This document shows positions 30,149 to 38,483 of a stretch of 64,000 nucleotides of DNA, piece after piece. The stretch comes from a virus. Its lineage: Duplodnaviria > Caudoviricetes. How positions within the stretch are numbered: the stretch's first letter is position 1; the number at the start of each line of letters is the position of its first letter. Below the pieces are notes generated by a model. It saw only the letters and a list, made by a program, of their open reading frames with translations, searched no databases and had not been told where the DNA came from. Position numbers and translations under genes: made by a program. The stretch lies in IMG/VR virus record IMGVR_UViG_2630968963_000002, positions 4,204 through 68,203 of that record, one strand, 5' to 3'.

Positions 30149-31429
30149 ATGCTTTTAAAAATAAAAAACTTTGCTAAAATACAGAATGCAGAAGTGAAAA
30201 TAGATGGCATAACTGTTATTGCAGGTGAAAATAATACAGGTAAAAGCACAATAGGAAAAATATTGTATTCTATGTATGCTAGTTATTACAATATTGAAGA
30301 AAAAATTTATTCAGAAAAAAAAGATCTTATAATATCTAAGCTATTCAAATATGTTGTTAATTTGGATGAAGATCTTAATAGTTTAAATAATAATATAACT
30401 TTATGTAGATCTATTGCTGAAAAAATAATAAATAATTATGAAAATATATCTAATATTAATAAATTTGTTTCTGATCTTATGTCTAAAGATTTTAAAATAA
30501 ATTTAGATGACTCAGATTTTGATAAAATAATCCTTGATATACAAGAAGTGTTAGATATAAAAAATGATATCGTTGAGTTTACTATAGTTGAAGATATTTT
30601 TAATTCTGAATTTAATTCTCAGATTAATCATACAAACTTTAAGGATAAAAAAGCTACTGTAGAATTAAATATAAAAGATAAATCTTTATATTTTGTATTT
30701 AAAAATAATGAAATTGAAAACATTAAAAGAACAATAAACTTATTTGTGAACCCTATTTATATTGATAATCCTTTTATGTTAGATGAATTATCTAATAAAA
30801 AAATAAATCCTTTTAAAGCCGTTCATCATAAAGAAGATTTTTCTAATAAATTAGAAAACCGTAATTCAAATAATAATTTGATAAACCAAACATTAACTAA
30901 ATCAAGGCTTTCTAAAATTATTAGTAAGTTAAATAGCGTTACAAATGGATCTTTTTCTGATATAGATGGTGAATTAAAATTTAATATTACAGGATTAAAT
31001 GAACCTTTAAGTCTTACAAATTTATCAAATGGTTTAAAAACTTTTGTTATAATAAAAAGATTACTGGAAAATGGTTATTTGGAAGAAAATGGACTTTTAA
31101 TACTTGATGAGCCTGAAATACACTTACATCCAGATTGGCAACTTATTTTAGCTGAAATAATTGTTTTATTAAATGAAGAATTTAGCATCAATATTATTGT
31201 AAATACACATAGTCCGTATTTTTTAAATGCAATTGAAGTATTTTCAACTAAGTATAAAGTATCAAATAAGTGTAATTACTATTTAGCAGAATTAGACAAA
31301 GATGATAATACTGTTTCTCATATAGCTGATGTTACAAATGAAACTAGTTATATTTATGATAAACTAGCTTCTCCATTACAAAAATTAGAGAAATTATTTT
31401 ATGAAATTGGTGAAAATAATGAGTTCTAA
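30149..31429 (+). CDS. ABC/AAA_15-21-like ATPase, putative defence component
   Basis: Walker A GENNTGKS, signature LSNG, Walker B LILDEPEIHLHP, H-loop NTHSPY. Confidence 0.9.
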   Translation: MLLKIKNFAKIQNAEVKIDGITVIAGENNTGKSTIGKILYSMYASYYNIEEKIYSEKKDLIISKLFKYVVNLDEDLNSLNNNITLCRSIAEKIINNYENISNINKFVSDLMSKDFKINLDDSDFDKIILDIQEVLDIKNDIVEFTIVEDIFNSEFNSQINHTNFKDKKATVELNIKDKSLYFVFKNNEIENIKRTINLFVNPIYIDNPFMLDELSNKKINPFKAVHHKEDFSNKLENRNSNNNLINQTLTKSRLSKIISKLNSVTNGSFSDIDGELKFNITGLNEPLSLTNLSNGLKTFVIIKRLLENGYLEENGLLILDEPEIHLHPDWQLILAEIIVLLNEEFSINIIVNTHSPYFLNAIEVFSTKYKVSNKCNYYLAELDKDDNTVSHIADVTNETSYIYDKLASPLQKLEKLFYEIGENNEF

Positions 31430-32048
31430 TTATTTAATAAGTTCTGGATGTCAATTTAGAGAAACTTTATCTGAAACTTCTAAAGATACTGCTAATAATG
31501 AATATATGACTAACTCTAATATGAATGTTATCAACTTTGATAGCTACAAAGAATTTTATATAAACAAATTAAATTTACCTATAATTTATGATTCTAGAAA
31601 TACCCCTCAAAAAAGAGGTATTAAATCTAATGATGCATTATTTATTAATAATGATGAAATTTATTTTATAGAATTTAAAAATGGTTCAATCAATGATTCT
31701 AATAATGGCCCATTTAGTTTACATACTAAGTTATATGATAGTTTACTTATTCTATTAGATACGATAGATGAAAATATTTCATTTTCAAGAAAAAATATTA
31801 AATATATATTAGTATTCAATGAAACTAAAAAACATAAAGCAAAATCTTTTCGTAGTAACTCTTTGAACGCAATTTCTAGTAGATTAGCTGATTTATCCAA
31901 TAAAGAGATTATTCATTTTGATTTACATAAATTTAAAGATATATATTTAAATGAAGTACATACATATACAAAATCTCAATTTGAAAGGAATTTTGTAAGA
32001 AGATTCCAAAATATAGATATGTTTAATCAGTTAGCTGTAGAAGTATAA
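31419..32048 (+). CDS. Putative PD-(D/E)xK nuclease coupled to the ATPase
   Basis: KSNDAL...YFIEFKNG; start MSSNY overlaps the ATPase stop. Confidence 0.7.
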   Translation: MSSNYLISSGCQFRETLSETSKDTANNEYMTNSNMNVINFDSYKEFYINKLNLPIIYDSRNTPQKRGIKSNDALFINNDEIYFIEFKNGSINDSNNGPFSLHTKLYDSLLILLDTIDENISFSRKNIKYILVFNETKKHKAKSFRSNSLNAISSRLADLSNKEIIHFDLHKFKDIYLNEVHTYTKSQFERNFVRRFQNIDMFNQLAVEV

Positions 32049-32110
32049 GATATCAATTTATATTTACTATTTTATACTCATTCAAACACTATTTTAAATA
32101 ATTTATATCT

Positions 32111-32148
32111 AAATCACTACTTTTAATTATTTAAAGTAGTGATTTTTA
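32111..32148 (+). terminator. Intrinsic terminator
   Basis: AAATCACTACTTT..AAAGTAGTGATTTTT. Confidence 0.75.
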
Positions 32149-32220
32149 TTTTATAAAGTATAACTTTTATTTTAACTATATTTTATAAATGATATAATTA
32201 TCTTGAAAGGTGGTTTTATA

Positions 32221-33807
32221 ATGATTGCTGCAATATACTCAAGAAAAAGTAAATTCACTGGAAAAGGTGAGTCAATAGAAAATCAAATTCAACTTTGTAT
32301 GGACTATGCTAAAAATATAGGCATTACTGAATTTTTAGTATATGAAGATGAAGGTTTTAGTGGAGGATCTACAGATAGACCTAAGTTTCAAGATATGTTA
32401 GCTGATGCTAAAGATAAGAAGTTCGATTGTTTAATCTGTTATAGATTAGATAGAATTTCAAGAAATGTATCTGACTTCTCTGCTCTTATAGAAGAGTTAA
32501 ATAAATTAGGTGTATCTTTTATATCAATAAAAGAACAGTTTGACACGTCTACTCCAATGGGACGTGCTATGATGTATATTTCTTCTGTCTTTGCACAATT
32601 AGAAAGAGAAACTATAGCTGAACGTGTCAAAGATAATATGTATGAATTAGCACGTACAGGAAGATGGCTTGGAGGAAATACTCCTACTGGATTTACATCA
32701 GAAAAAATAACTTATTTTGATGAAAGTATGAACCAAAGGTCAATGTGGAAGTTAAAGGTTGATAAAGAAGAAATGAAGTTAGTAGAACTTATATACTCTA
32801 AATATGAGGAATTAAAGTCACTATCTCAAGTTGAAAAATACTTCTTATCTTCTAATCATAAAGGTAAAAATAATGGTAATTTAGATAAATCAACACTTCA
32901 ATCTATACTTAGAAATCCTTGCTATGCTAAGTCTAGTGAAGAGGTTATAAAATACTTATCAAATAATGGTATGGATGTAGTTGGTAGTCCTGATAACTCT
33001 CATGGATTTTTAACTTATGCAAAACAATCAAATACTCCTATAGTTTCAGTTGCAAAACATAAAGGAATTATAGATTCTGATAGATGGTTTTACATTCAAA
33101 AAATATTAGACTCAAACAAATCTAAAGCTCCAAGAGTAGTTTCTGGAAGTAATGTTGCTCTTTTAACTGGACTATTAAAATGTAGATGTGGAAGTACAAT
33201 GAGAGTAAATTATGGATCTAAAAGAAAAGATGGTACAAGAGGTCATTATTATATATGCGCTAAGAAAAACACAAAAGGTTTAGTAGCATGTGATAATAAA
33301 AATATAAATGGTGAACAATTAGAAGAAGTAGTAATTGAACAAATAAAGAATGTAAATGAAAATAATATTTTTAATAAATTTGAAGAATCTAAAAAAGCAA
33401 CATTAGAAAAAAATAAAAATATTAAATCTGAGAAAAAAATAATTAATAAGAAAATAGAAGATGCTAATTCAGCTATAGAAAATTTAGTTAAACAGCTGTC
33501 ACTAAATACAGATAGTGTTGCATCTAAATATATAATCTCTGAAATTGAAAAATTAAATCAAGAACTTGAAAGTTTAAATAATAAACTTATTAAATTAGAT
33601 AATTTAAGCAAGGAAATTGATTCTATTGATATAAACTTAAATATAATATCAGATGCTTTTATTAAATTTAGAAATGAATTTGATAACGCTGATTTAAATA
33701 CTAAAAGATTTTTACTATCTAGTATAATCGATGAAATTATTTGGGATGGTGATACTGGTAATATAAATGTGTGTTATTTAGGTACTAAAAAAAAAGCACT
33801 AATATAG
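32221..33807 (+). CDS. Large serine integrase of prophage 1
   Basis: AIYSRKS catalytic Ser, LDRISRN, recombinase domain, zinc ribbon LLKCRCG..YYIC..C, coiled coil; start MIAAI by AAAGGTGG SD. Confidence 0.96.
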   Translation: MIAAIYSRKSKFTGKGESIENQIQLCMDYAKNIGITEFLVYEDEGFSGGSTDRPKFQDMLADAKDKKFDCLICYRLDRISRNVSDFSALIEELNKLGVSFISIKEQFDTSTPMGRAMMYISSVFAQLERETIAERVKDNMYELARTGRWLGGNTPTGFTSEKITYFDESMNQRSMWKLKVDKEEMKLVELIYSKYEELKSLSQVEKYFLSSNHKGKNNGNLDKSTLQSILRNPCYAKSSEEVIKYLSNNGMDVVGSPDNSHGFLTYAKQSNTPIVSVAKHKGIIDSDRWFYIQKILDSNKSKAPRVVSGSNVALLTGLLKCRCGSTMRVNYGSKRKDGTRGHYYICAKKNTKGLVACDNKNINGEQLEEVVIEQIKNVNENNIFNKFEESKKATLEKNKNIKSEKKIINKKIEDANSAIENLVKQLSLNTDSVASKYIISEIEKLNQELESLNNKLIKLDNLSKEIDSIDINLNIISDAFIKFRNEFDNADLNTKRFLLSSIIDEIIWDGDTGNINVCYLGTKKKALI

Positions 33808-33862
33808 AAAATATAGCTACTGCAACTGATTCAGAGTTTTTAAAAACATTGTATTTTAGTTG

Positions 33863-34088
33863 TTGTAGCTTCCGTATGCCCAACATAAAATCCTGATTTT
33901 TCTCCTCCAACAAATAAGTTTTTCATATTTTCCGCTCTCATATAATTATCCCTTGGAGATACTGCCATATATCTGATTGAGTTTCCCTTTCCTCCACTAT
34001 ATGGATCTACTATACAAGCAGTTTCAAAACCAGATACACTTCTTAATTTTTCCAGATTGAAGAAAGGTGACATTAATTTTGCATGTGC
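33863..34088 (-). pseudogene. Internal fragment of a host GidA/TrmFO-like FAD-dependent oxidoreductase gene between two att junctions
   Basis: In-frame HAKLMSPFF...DPYSGGKGNSIRY...NLFVGGEKSGFYVGHTEA resembles the GidA-family LFxAG(Q/E)xxGxxG(Y/H)xEA flavin motif; similarity stops abruptly at both ends. Boundaries uncertain by about 5 bp. Confidence 0.8.
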
Positions 34089-34403
34089 TGTGTTAATAGT
34101 ATTGCGACACTTAAACCAATACGTTTTAAATTGTATGGAGATAAAACTTATCGTTTATATAATTATAGCAAAGATGATACTCTTTCAGAAATGATAAAAA
34201 AATATAGATTAAATAATAATTTATCTTATAAAGAACTTGGTGAACTTGTAAACTGTTCCCAAGGCCATTTATGGATGATTGAACATAAAGATAGAGACTA
34301 TCCTCAATCAAAGGTATTAATCAAAAAAATATTAAAATTAGTAAGAAAAGATTTTATACTATGCATAGTAGTAGGAAATATAATTAAGTTTATTTTTACA
34401 TAA
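34083..34403 (+). CDS. XRE-HTH reading frame open from the att junction; true start unclear
   Basis: IKKYRLNNNLSYKELGELVNCSQGHLWMIE HTH; first ATG lies in the host fragment and ATG 34191 lacks an SD. Confidence 0.6.
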   Translation: MCCVNSIATLKPIRFKLYGDKTYRLYNYSKDDTLSEMIKKYRLNNNLSYKELGELVNCSQGHLWMIEHKDRDYPQSKVLIKKILKLVRKDFILCIVVGNIIKFIFT

Positions 34404-34875
34404 ATTTATATTAAATATAAATGAAAAAAATATAAAAATTGGATCTTTATAGATGAAATGAGGCCTAGGTTGGTACTCTCTGTATAATTGATTACCAGTT
34501 TTATCGTGACTGACAATTATACATATAATAATGAATTATAATATCACATATTTAAAATCAATATTTTAGACTAAAACACTCAAAAAAACTAATATTCCGC
34601 ATAAATAACTGGAAAATTTATGAAAAATATGATATAATTTTAAAAAAATACTCATATAGTAGTATTTTTCAAACTTCCATAAATCAAGAACCTATAAACT
34701 TGACATCTACTTATTAAGTTTAAAAATAGTTCTTGTTTAACCCCAATAAAGTGGTTAATATCCCTGTAAACCAAAATCCCTAATTTAAGTTTCAAAACCA
34801 CACTATACTTAATTAAATAACTTATTTTTTATATTTTCTTTTTAAAGAAATGTTATATTTAGAAGAAGAGAAAAA

Positions 34876-35037
34876 ATGAAAAATTTAATTAAAGAGGTTT
34901 TCAGGGAAAATTATATAAAATTAGAAATTAGAGATACAATTGTTGTTATCAAGTTTACTTTAGATTCTACACAGTTTATGTTTTTTCTTTTCTTCTTAAT
35001 TTTTCTTAATTTTAATAGACATGTATTTACTAGATAG
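34876..35037 (+). CDS. Candidate small membrane protein (53 aa; not in ORF track)
   Basis: MKNLIKEVFRENYIKLEIRDTIVVIKFTLDSTQFMFFLFFLIFLNFNRHVFTR; weak purine-rich SD. Confidence 0.4.
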   Translation: MKNLIKEVFRENYIKLEIRDTIVVIKFTLDSTQFMFFLFFLIFLNFNRHVFTR

Positions 35038-35157
35038 TATTATATATATATTGGCTACTCAGTCTAAATATCAAATTACAAAAACTGTATTTTTTATTTA
35101 GGCCCTTATTTCAAAAATATGTATTTCCCAGGGTATTTGTTACCCAAATAATTAATT

Positions 35158-35197
35158 AAAAAGTGCTAGGATAAAACTCATCCCCCTAGCACTTTTT
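35158..35197. terminator. Bidirectional terminator after endolysin
   Basis: AAAAGTGCTAGG..CCTAGCACTTTTT. Confidence 0.75.
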
Positions 35198-35232
35198 CTT
35201 ATACTTTTAATCACATGAATTTAAATTATTTA

Positions 35233-36123
35233 TTATTTTTCTACAAATACATATTTTTTATTTAAAGATAACCATCCTTTACGATATGGAGCATACCCCC
35301 ATTTTCCATTTTTAGATACTTTAGTAATTTTATACCTCACACCCTTTGGAGCTGTATGTAATATATCAACTTCAGTTGTTGGTGACTTTCTTATATTAAG
35401 CTTTCCTTTTGTAATTACATAATAAGGAACTTTATTTGTTATATACTCATTAGTTATTGGTTTATTAAATCCATTTAATCCTTTTGATTTTATAAGAGAT
35501 GTATAATCTACATAACAATAGTTTTGGTCAGTACTTGAAGAAGGTATTCCATTTATTTTTTTATTTCTAAGCAGATTTGTCTCTCCTCCAAACTGCCACA
35601 TCATTAGATCCTTTTCTTTGTAACCACATTCTTTTGCATAATGAGCTATCCATTTATCATACTTAGAAAGTTCACTTTCAATAAGATGATCTCTTAATAT
35701 ATATTTACCTGAATATATAGCTACATAATAGCCAGCATCTTCTACAACCTTAGCCATAGCTTTTACTGCATCTGTTAGCTGTCTTTTTGATGTTTTCTTT
35801 AATACTTCTGTATCTTCTATATCCAAGAATATTGGATATTCAAACTTTTTTCCTTTAAGTAAATCTACTATAAATTTACCCTCTGCTTTACCTTCTGCAA
35901 CAGTAGCACATCTACTATAGTAATAAGCTCCTATAGGCATTCCTATAGCTTTTGCCTGTTTATAATATTCTTCAAACTTAACATCCTTTGCCATTGTTTT
36001 ACTAGAAGATAAACTAGTTCTTCCAGCTCTTAATATTGCAAATTTTACACCTTCAGATTTTACTTTACTCCAGTTAATAGTTCCATTGTGATAGCTAACA
36101 TCAATTCCAAATATTTTTTCCAT
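35233..36123 (-). CDS. Endolysin, GH25 muramidase plus SH3b
   Basis: GIDVSYHNG, GAYYY, PIFLDIED, MWQF; C-terminal LNIRKSP..GWL. Confidence 0.95.
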   Translation of the reverse strand: MEKIFGIDVSYHNGTINWSKVKSEGVKFAILRAGRTSLSSSKTMAKDVKFEEYYKQAKAIGMPIGAYYYSRCATVAEGKAEGKFIVDLLKGKKFEYPIFLDIEDTEVLKKTSKRQLTDAVKAMAKVVEDAGYYVAIYSGKYILRDHLIESELSKYDKWIAHYAKECGYKEKDLMMWQFGGETNLLRNKKINGIPSSSTDQNYCYVDYTSLIKSKGLNGFNKPITNEYITNKVPYYVITKGKLNIRKSPTTEVDILHTAPKGVRYKITKVSKNGKWGYAPYRKGWLSLNKKYVFVEK

Positions 36124-36191
36124 TTTATTTACCTTCCTTTTCTATATTTTATAAAATAAAAGTGACTCTGCATGATCTACACAAAGTCACT

Positions 36192-36548
36192 TTATTTTTC
36201 TACTTTTTCTAATTTATCAACTTTATTTGCTCCAACTTCTAAAGCTTTCTTTATGCTATTTGGGACCCATACATCTAGCCTTACTAAATTTTCTATGATA
36301 CTAAGTCCTTCTTTAAAAATAAATCCTATAATAAACGTTCCTATGTATGCACTAATTTGAGGTATAAAATAATCCAATGCTATAAATATACCGAGTACTA
36401 TACACTCTCCAAAGCTCCTGAACATTCCTTCACTACATCTCCTTGACTTTAATCCACCTTCTTTAGCCGCTGCTAATATTCCAGCAATAAAGTCTATTGA
36501 TATTCCTACAAAAAATACTTTAAATAATACTTCTAATGTTATTCCCAT
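36192..36548 (-). CDS. Holin
   Basis: Hydrophobic helices, DFIAGILAA, EGLSIIENL; upstream of lysin. Confidence 0.9.
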   Translation of the reverse strand: MGITLEVLFKVFFVGISIDFIAGILAAAKEGGLKSRRCSEGMFRSFGECIVLGIFIALDYFIPQISAYIGTFIIGFIFKEGLSIIENLVRLDVWVPNSIKKALEVGANKVDKLEKVEK

Positions 36549-36645
36549 GTTGTTATTCTCCTTTTTCGTATAAAAAAAGAATCTAAATTTATTAGATCCT
36601 TAAGATTTGTGTAAATGCAATAATTTATAAAATTCTACTTAATTA

Positions 36646-38082
36646 TTATACACTAGAATGCTTATTACCTATTGCAAGCCAAAATATTGATTTATTACCT
36701 GTTGAAGTTGATGATACTAAAATTCCTATTTCACATGTAGTAGATGTTGTACTAGCACATGAAAAAACTTGATTAGCATAACTTGTGTTATCACTTGTGA
36801 CTACAAAAGGATTAAATGCAAACTTTTTAGGATATGTTATCGTTTGAGTATATCTTGTATTTGCTGTCATTCCTGTAAAAGACGCTTTACCCCAGCATAT
36901 TAGCAAATCACCCATCACCATATAGCTATGATTATCATTATTTATATTATTAACTTTTTTATGACCTTTGAGTTTTTCAATATTTTCACTTATCTTGTCA
37001 ATTTCTAGATTTGTTCTTTCAATTTCAGATTCTTCTTCTGTTTTAGCAGTGGTAGAATTAGTAGTATCTGTTTCTCCACTTGCTCCAATAATCATGTTAA
37101 AAGTACCATTATAATTAATATTCATATTATGAATATAACTATTAAAACTATCACCTTTTTTATTAGTTATTAAAACATCATCTCCTAAATCAGCTAATAT
37201 ATTACCTCCAAAATTCATTGAATAACCTTTAAATTCTAAATATGGAGCATATATTAACATATCATCTCCCCAGTAAGCATTACCATTCTCATACATTTTC
37301 TGCGAAAATAAAGGGTTATTTATTTCAAGCACCTTCCCAGTATCATGTATATTAAACTCCATGGAATCGCTATCTTTCCAAATCACTCTAAGTGTTTTAA
37401 TTTTAAATATATCTTTTTCGTATGATAAATTTAAATAATCATCTATTGTAAATGTATGCTTATAATTAGGTGTATCATCTTTTCTAAATGTTTTTATTGT
37501 TATTTGCCCATCTCTAGTGCAGCTCACATCACCTAAAACCAAACTGGCCATTAATCCCAAAACTTCTCTACAAGAATAACCATCTATTTTAATTTGCTTT
37601 GAATTAGTAGCTATTAGTTCAAATACATCTTCATGAATTTCAACTCCTGTTTGGTTTTGAATTCTTAATAATTTATCATATGTAGTTAGATTATCTTCAT
37701 CTATGTAAGGAATATCTAGTTTAACTATATTATCATACATTGTGAAAGTCGTTGTTGTGTCTGTCTCACTTTCATTTGCAATATTAAAAACACCGTAAGG
37801 AACATATTCATACAATCCATTTTCAAGCAACAGTCCAAATTCAATTTTAACTTGCTTAGATGTATCTATAATTGAATTTGGAGTAATAAAAGTTAATGTG
37901 CATGTAGTAGAGATACAATTACCTACACTAAAAGCATTATCATTTTTTAACATACTATTAAAAGAGATATTTATTACATCTTCATTTGTAAGAATTGTAT
38001 CACCAATTGTAATTCTACTTTCATAGTTTTTAGTTATTTTGTTATTAGCTATTTTAAAATCTTCCGATACATTTATATGCAT
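36646..38082 (-). CDS. Tail tip/hub protein with short C-terminal fibre-like domain
   Basis: N-terminus like the 1..4334 protein; C-terminal LLICWG..ITYPKKF..FWLAIG. Confidence 0.8.
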   Translation of the reverse strand: MHINVSEDFKIANNKITKNYESRITIGDTILTNEDVINISFNSMLKNDNAFSVGNCISTTCTLTFITPNSIIDTSKQVKIEFGLLLENGLYEYVPYGVFNIANESETDTTTTFTMYDNIVKLDIPYIDEDNLTTYDKLLRIQNQTGVEIHEDVFELIATNSKQIKIDGYSCREVLGLMASLVLGDVSCTRDGQITIKTFRKDDTPNYKHTFTIDDYLNLSYEKDIFKIKTLRVIWKDSDSMEFNIHDTGKVLEINNPLFSQKMYENGNAYWGDDMLIYAPYLEFKGYSMNFGGNILADLGDDVLITNKKGDSFNSYIHNMNINYNGTFNMIIGASGETDTTNSTTAKTEEESEIERTNLEIDKISENIEKLKGHKKVNNINNDNHSYMVMGDLLICWGKASFTGMTANTRYTQTITYPKKFAFNPFVVTSDNTSYANQVFSCASTTSTTCEIGILVSSTSTGNKSIFWLAIGNKHSSV

Positions 38083-38090
38083 GTAATCAC

Positions 38091-38444
38091 CTACCTTTCA
38101 ACTAAATTTGTCTTTAATCCTTCCCATCTAGTAACACCTTTGTTTACTCTCAATACTGGTGCTGACCTGTCACCAGTATAAAAAGTCTTAGTTGTTATTC
38201 CACCAAGCTCTGGATCTGGGTATTTTACAGTAAAAAATACATCACTTACTGATTTTAGTATTTTAGATATCTCTGAATTTGATAGTGGTCCCCATTCTAC
38301 TGTTAACTTTCTTTTTACTGCTACTCTAGTTCTTTGCATCGTTCCATTTGCATTTCTTTCACTTTCTTTATCAATATCCTGTAGGTCTACTTGAAAAACA
38401 GAAGGATCTTTTACTTCAACACCTGCTATTGTTAATATTGCCAT
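38091..38444 (-). CDS. Distal-tail-like protein (DUF6711-like)
   Basis: Homologue of 5549..5896. Confidence 0.8.
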   Translation of the reverse strand: MAILTIAGVEVKDPSVFQVDLQDIDKESERNANGTMQRTRVAVKRKLTVEWGPLSNSEISKILKSVSDVFFTVKYPDPELGGITTKTFYTGDRSAPVLRVNKGVTRWEGLKTNLVER

Positions 38445-38483
38445 TCTATCACCTCAATAAAAAAGGAGCTAAACTAATAGCTC

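Larger units (their letters stand above)
1..33862. mobile_element. Prophage 1 (temperate siphovirus, A118/SPP1-like head-tail module); left end outside window
   Basis: Canonical order tail-head-terminase-late activator-replication-Cro/CI/ImmA-serine integrase, ending at a host gene fragment. Right boundary approximate. Confidence 0.95.

Noticed and set aside
33840-34073. 77 aa ORF as an independent gene
   Set aside because: Flavoprotein-like sequence starts upstream of the ATG and stops before the last residues; it is an internal fragment
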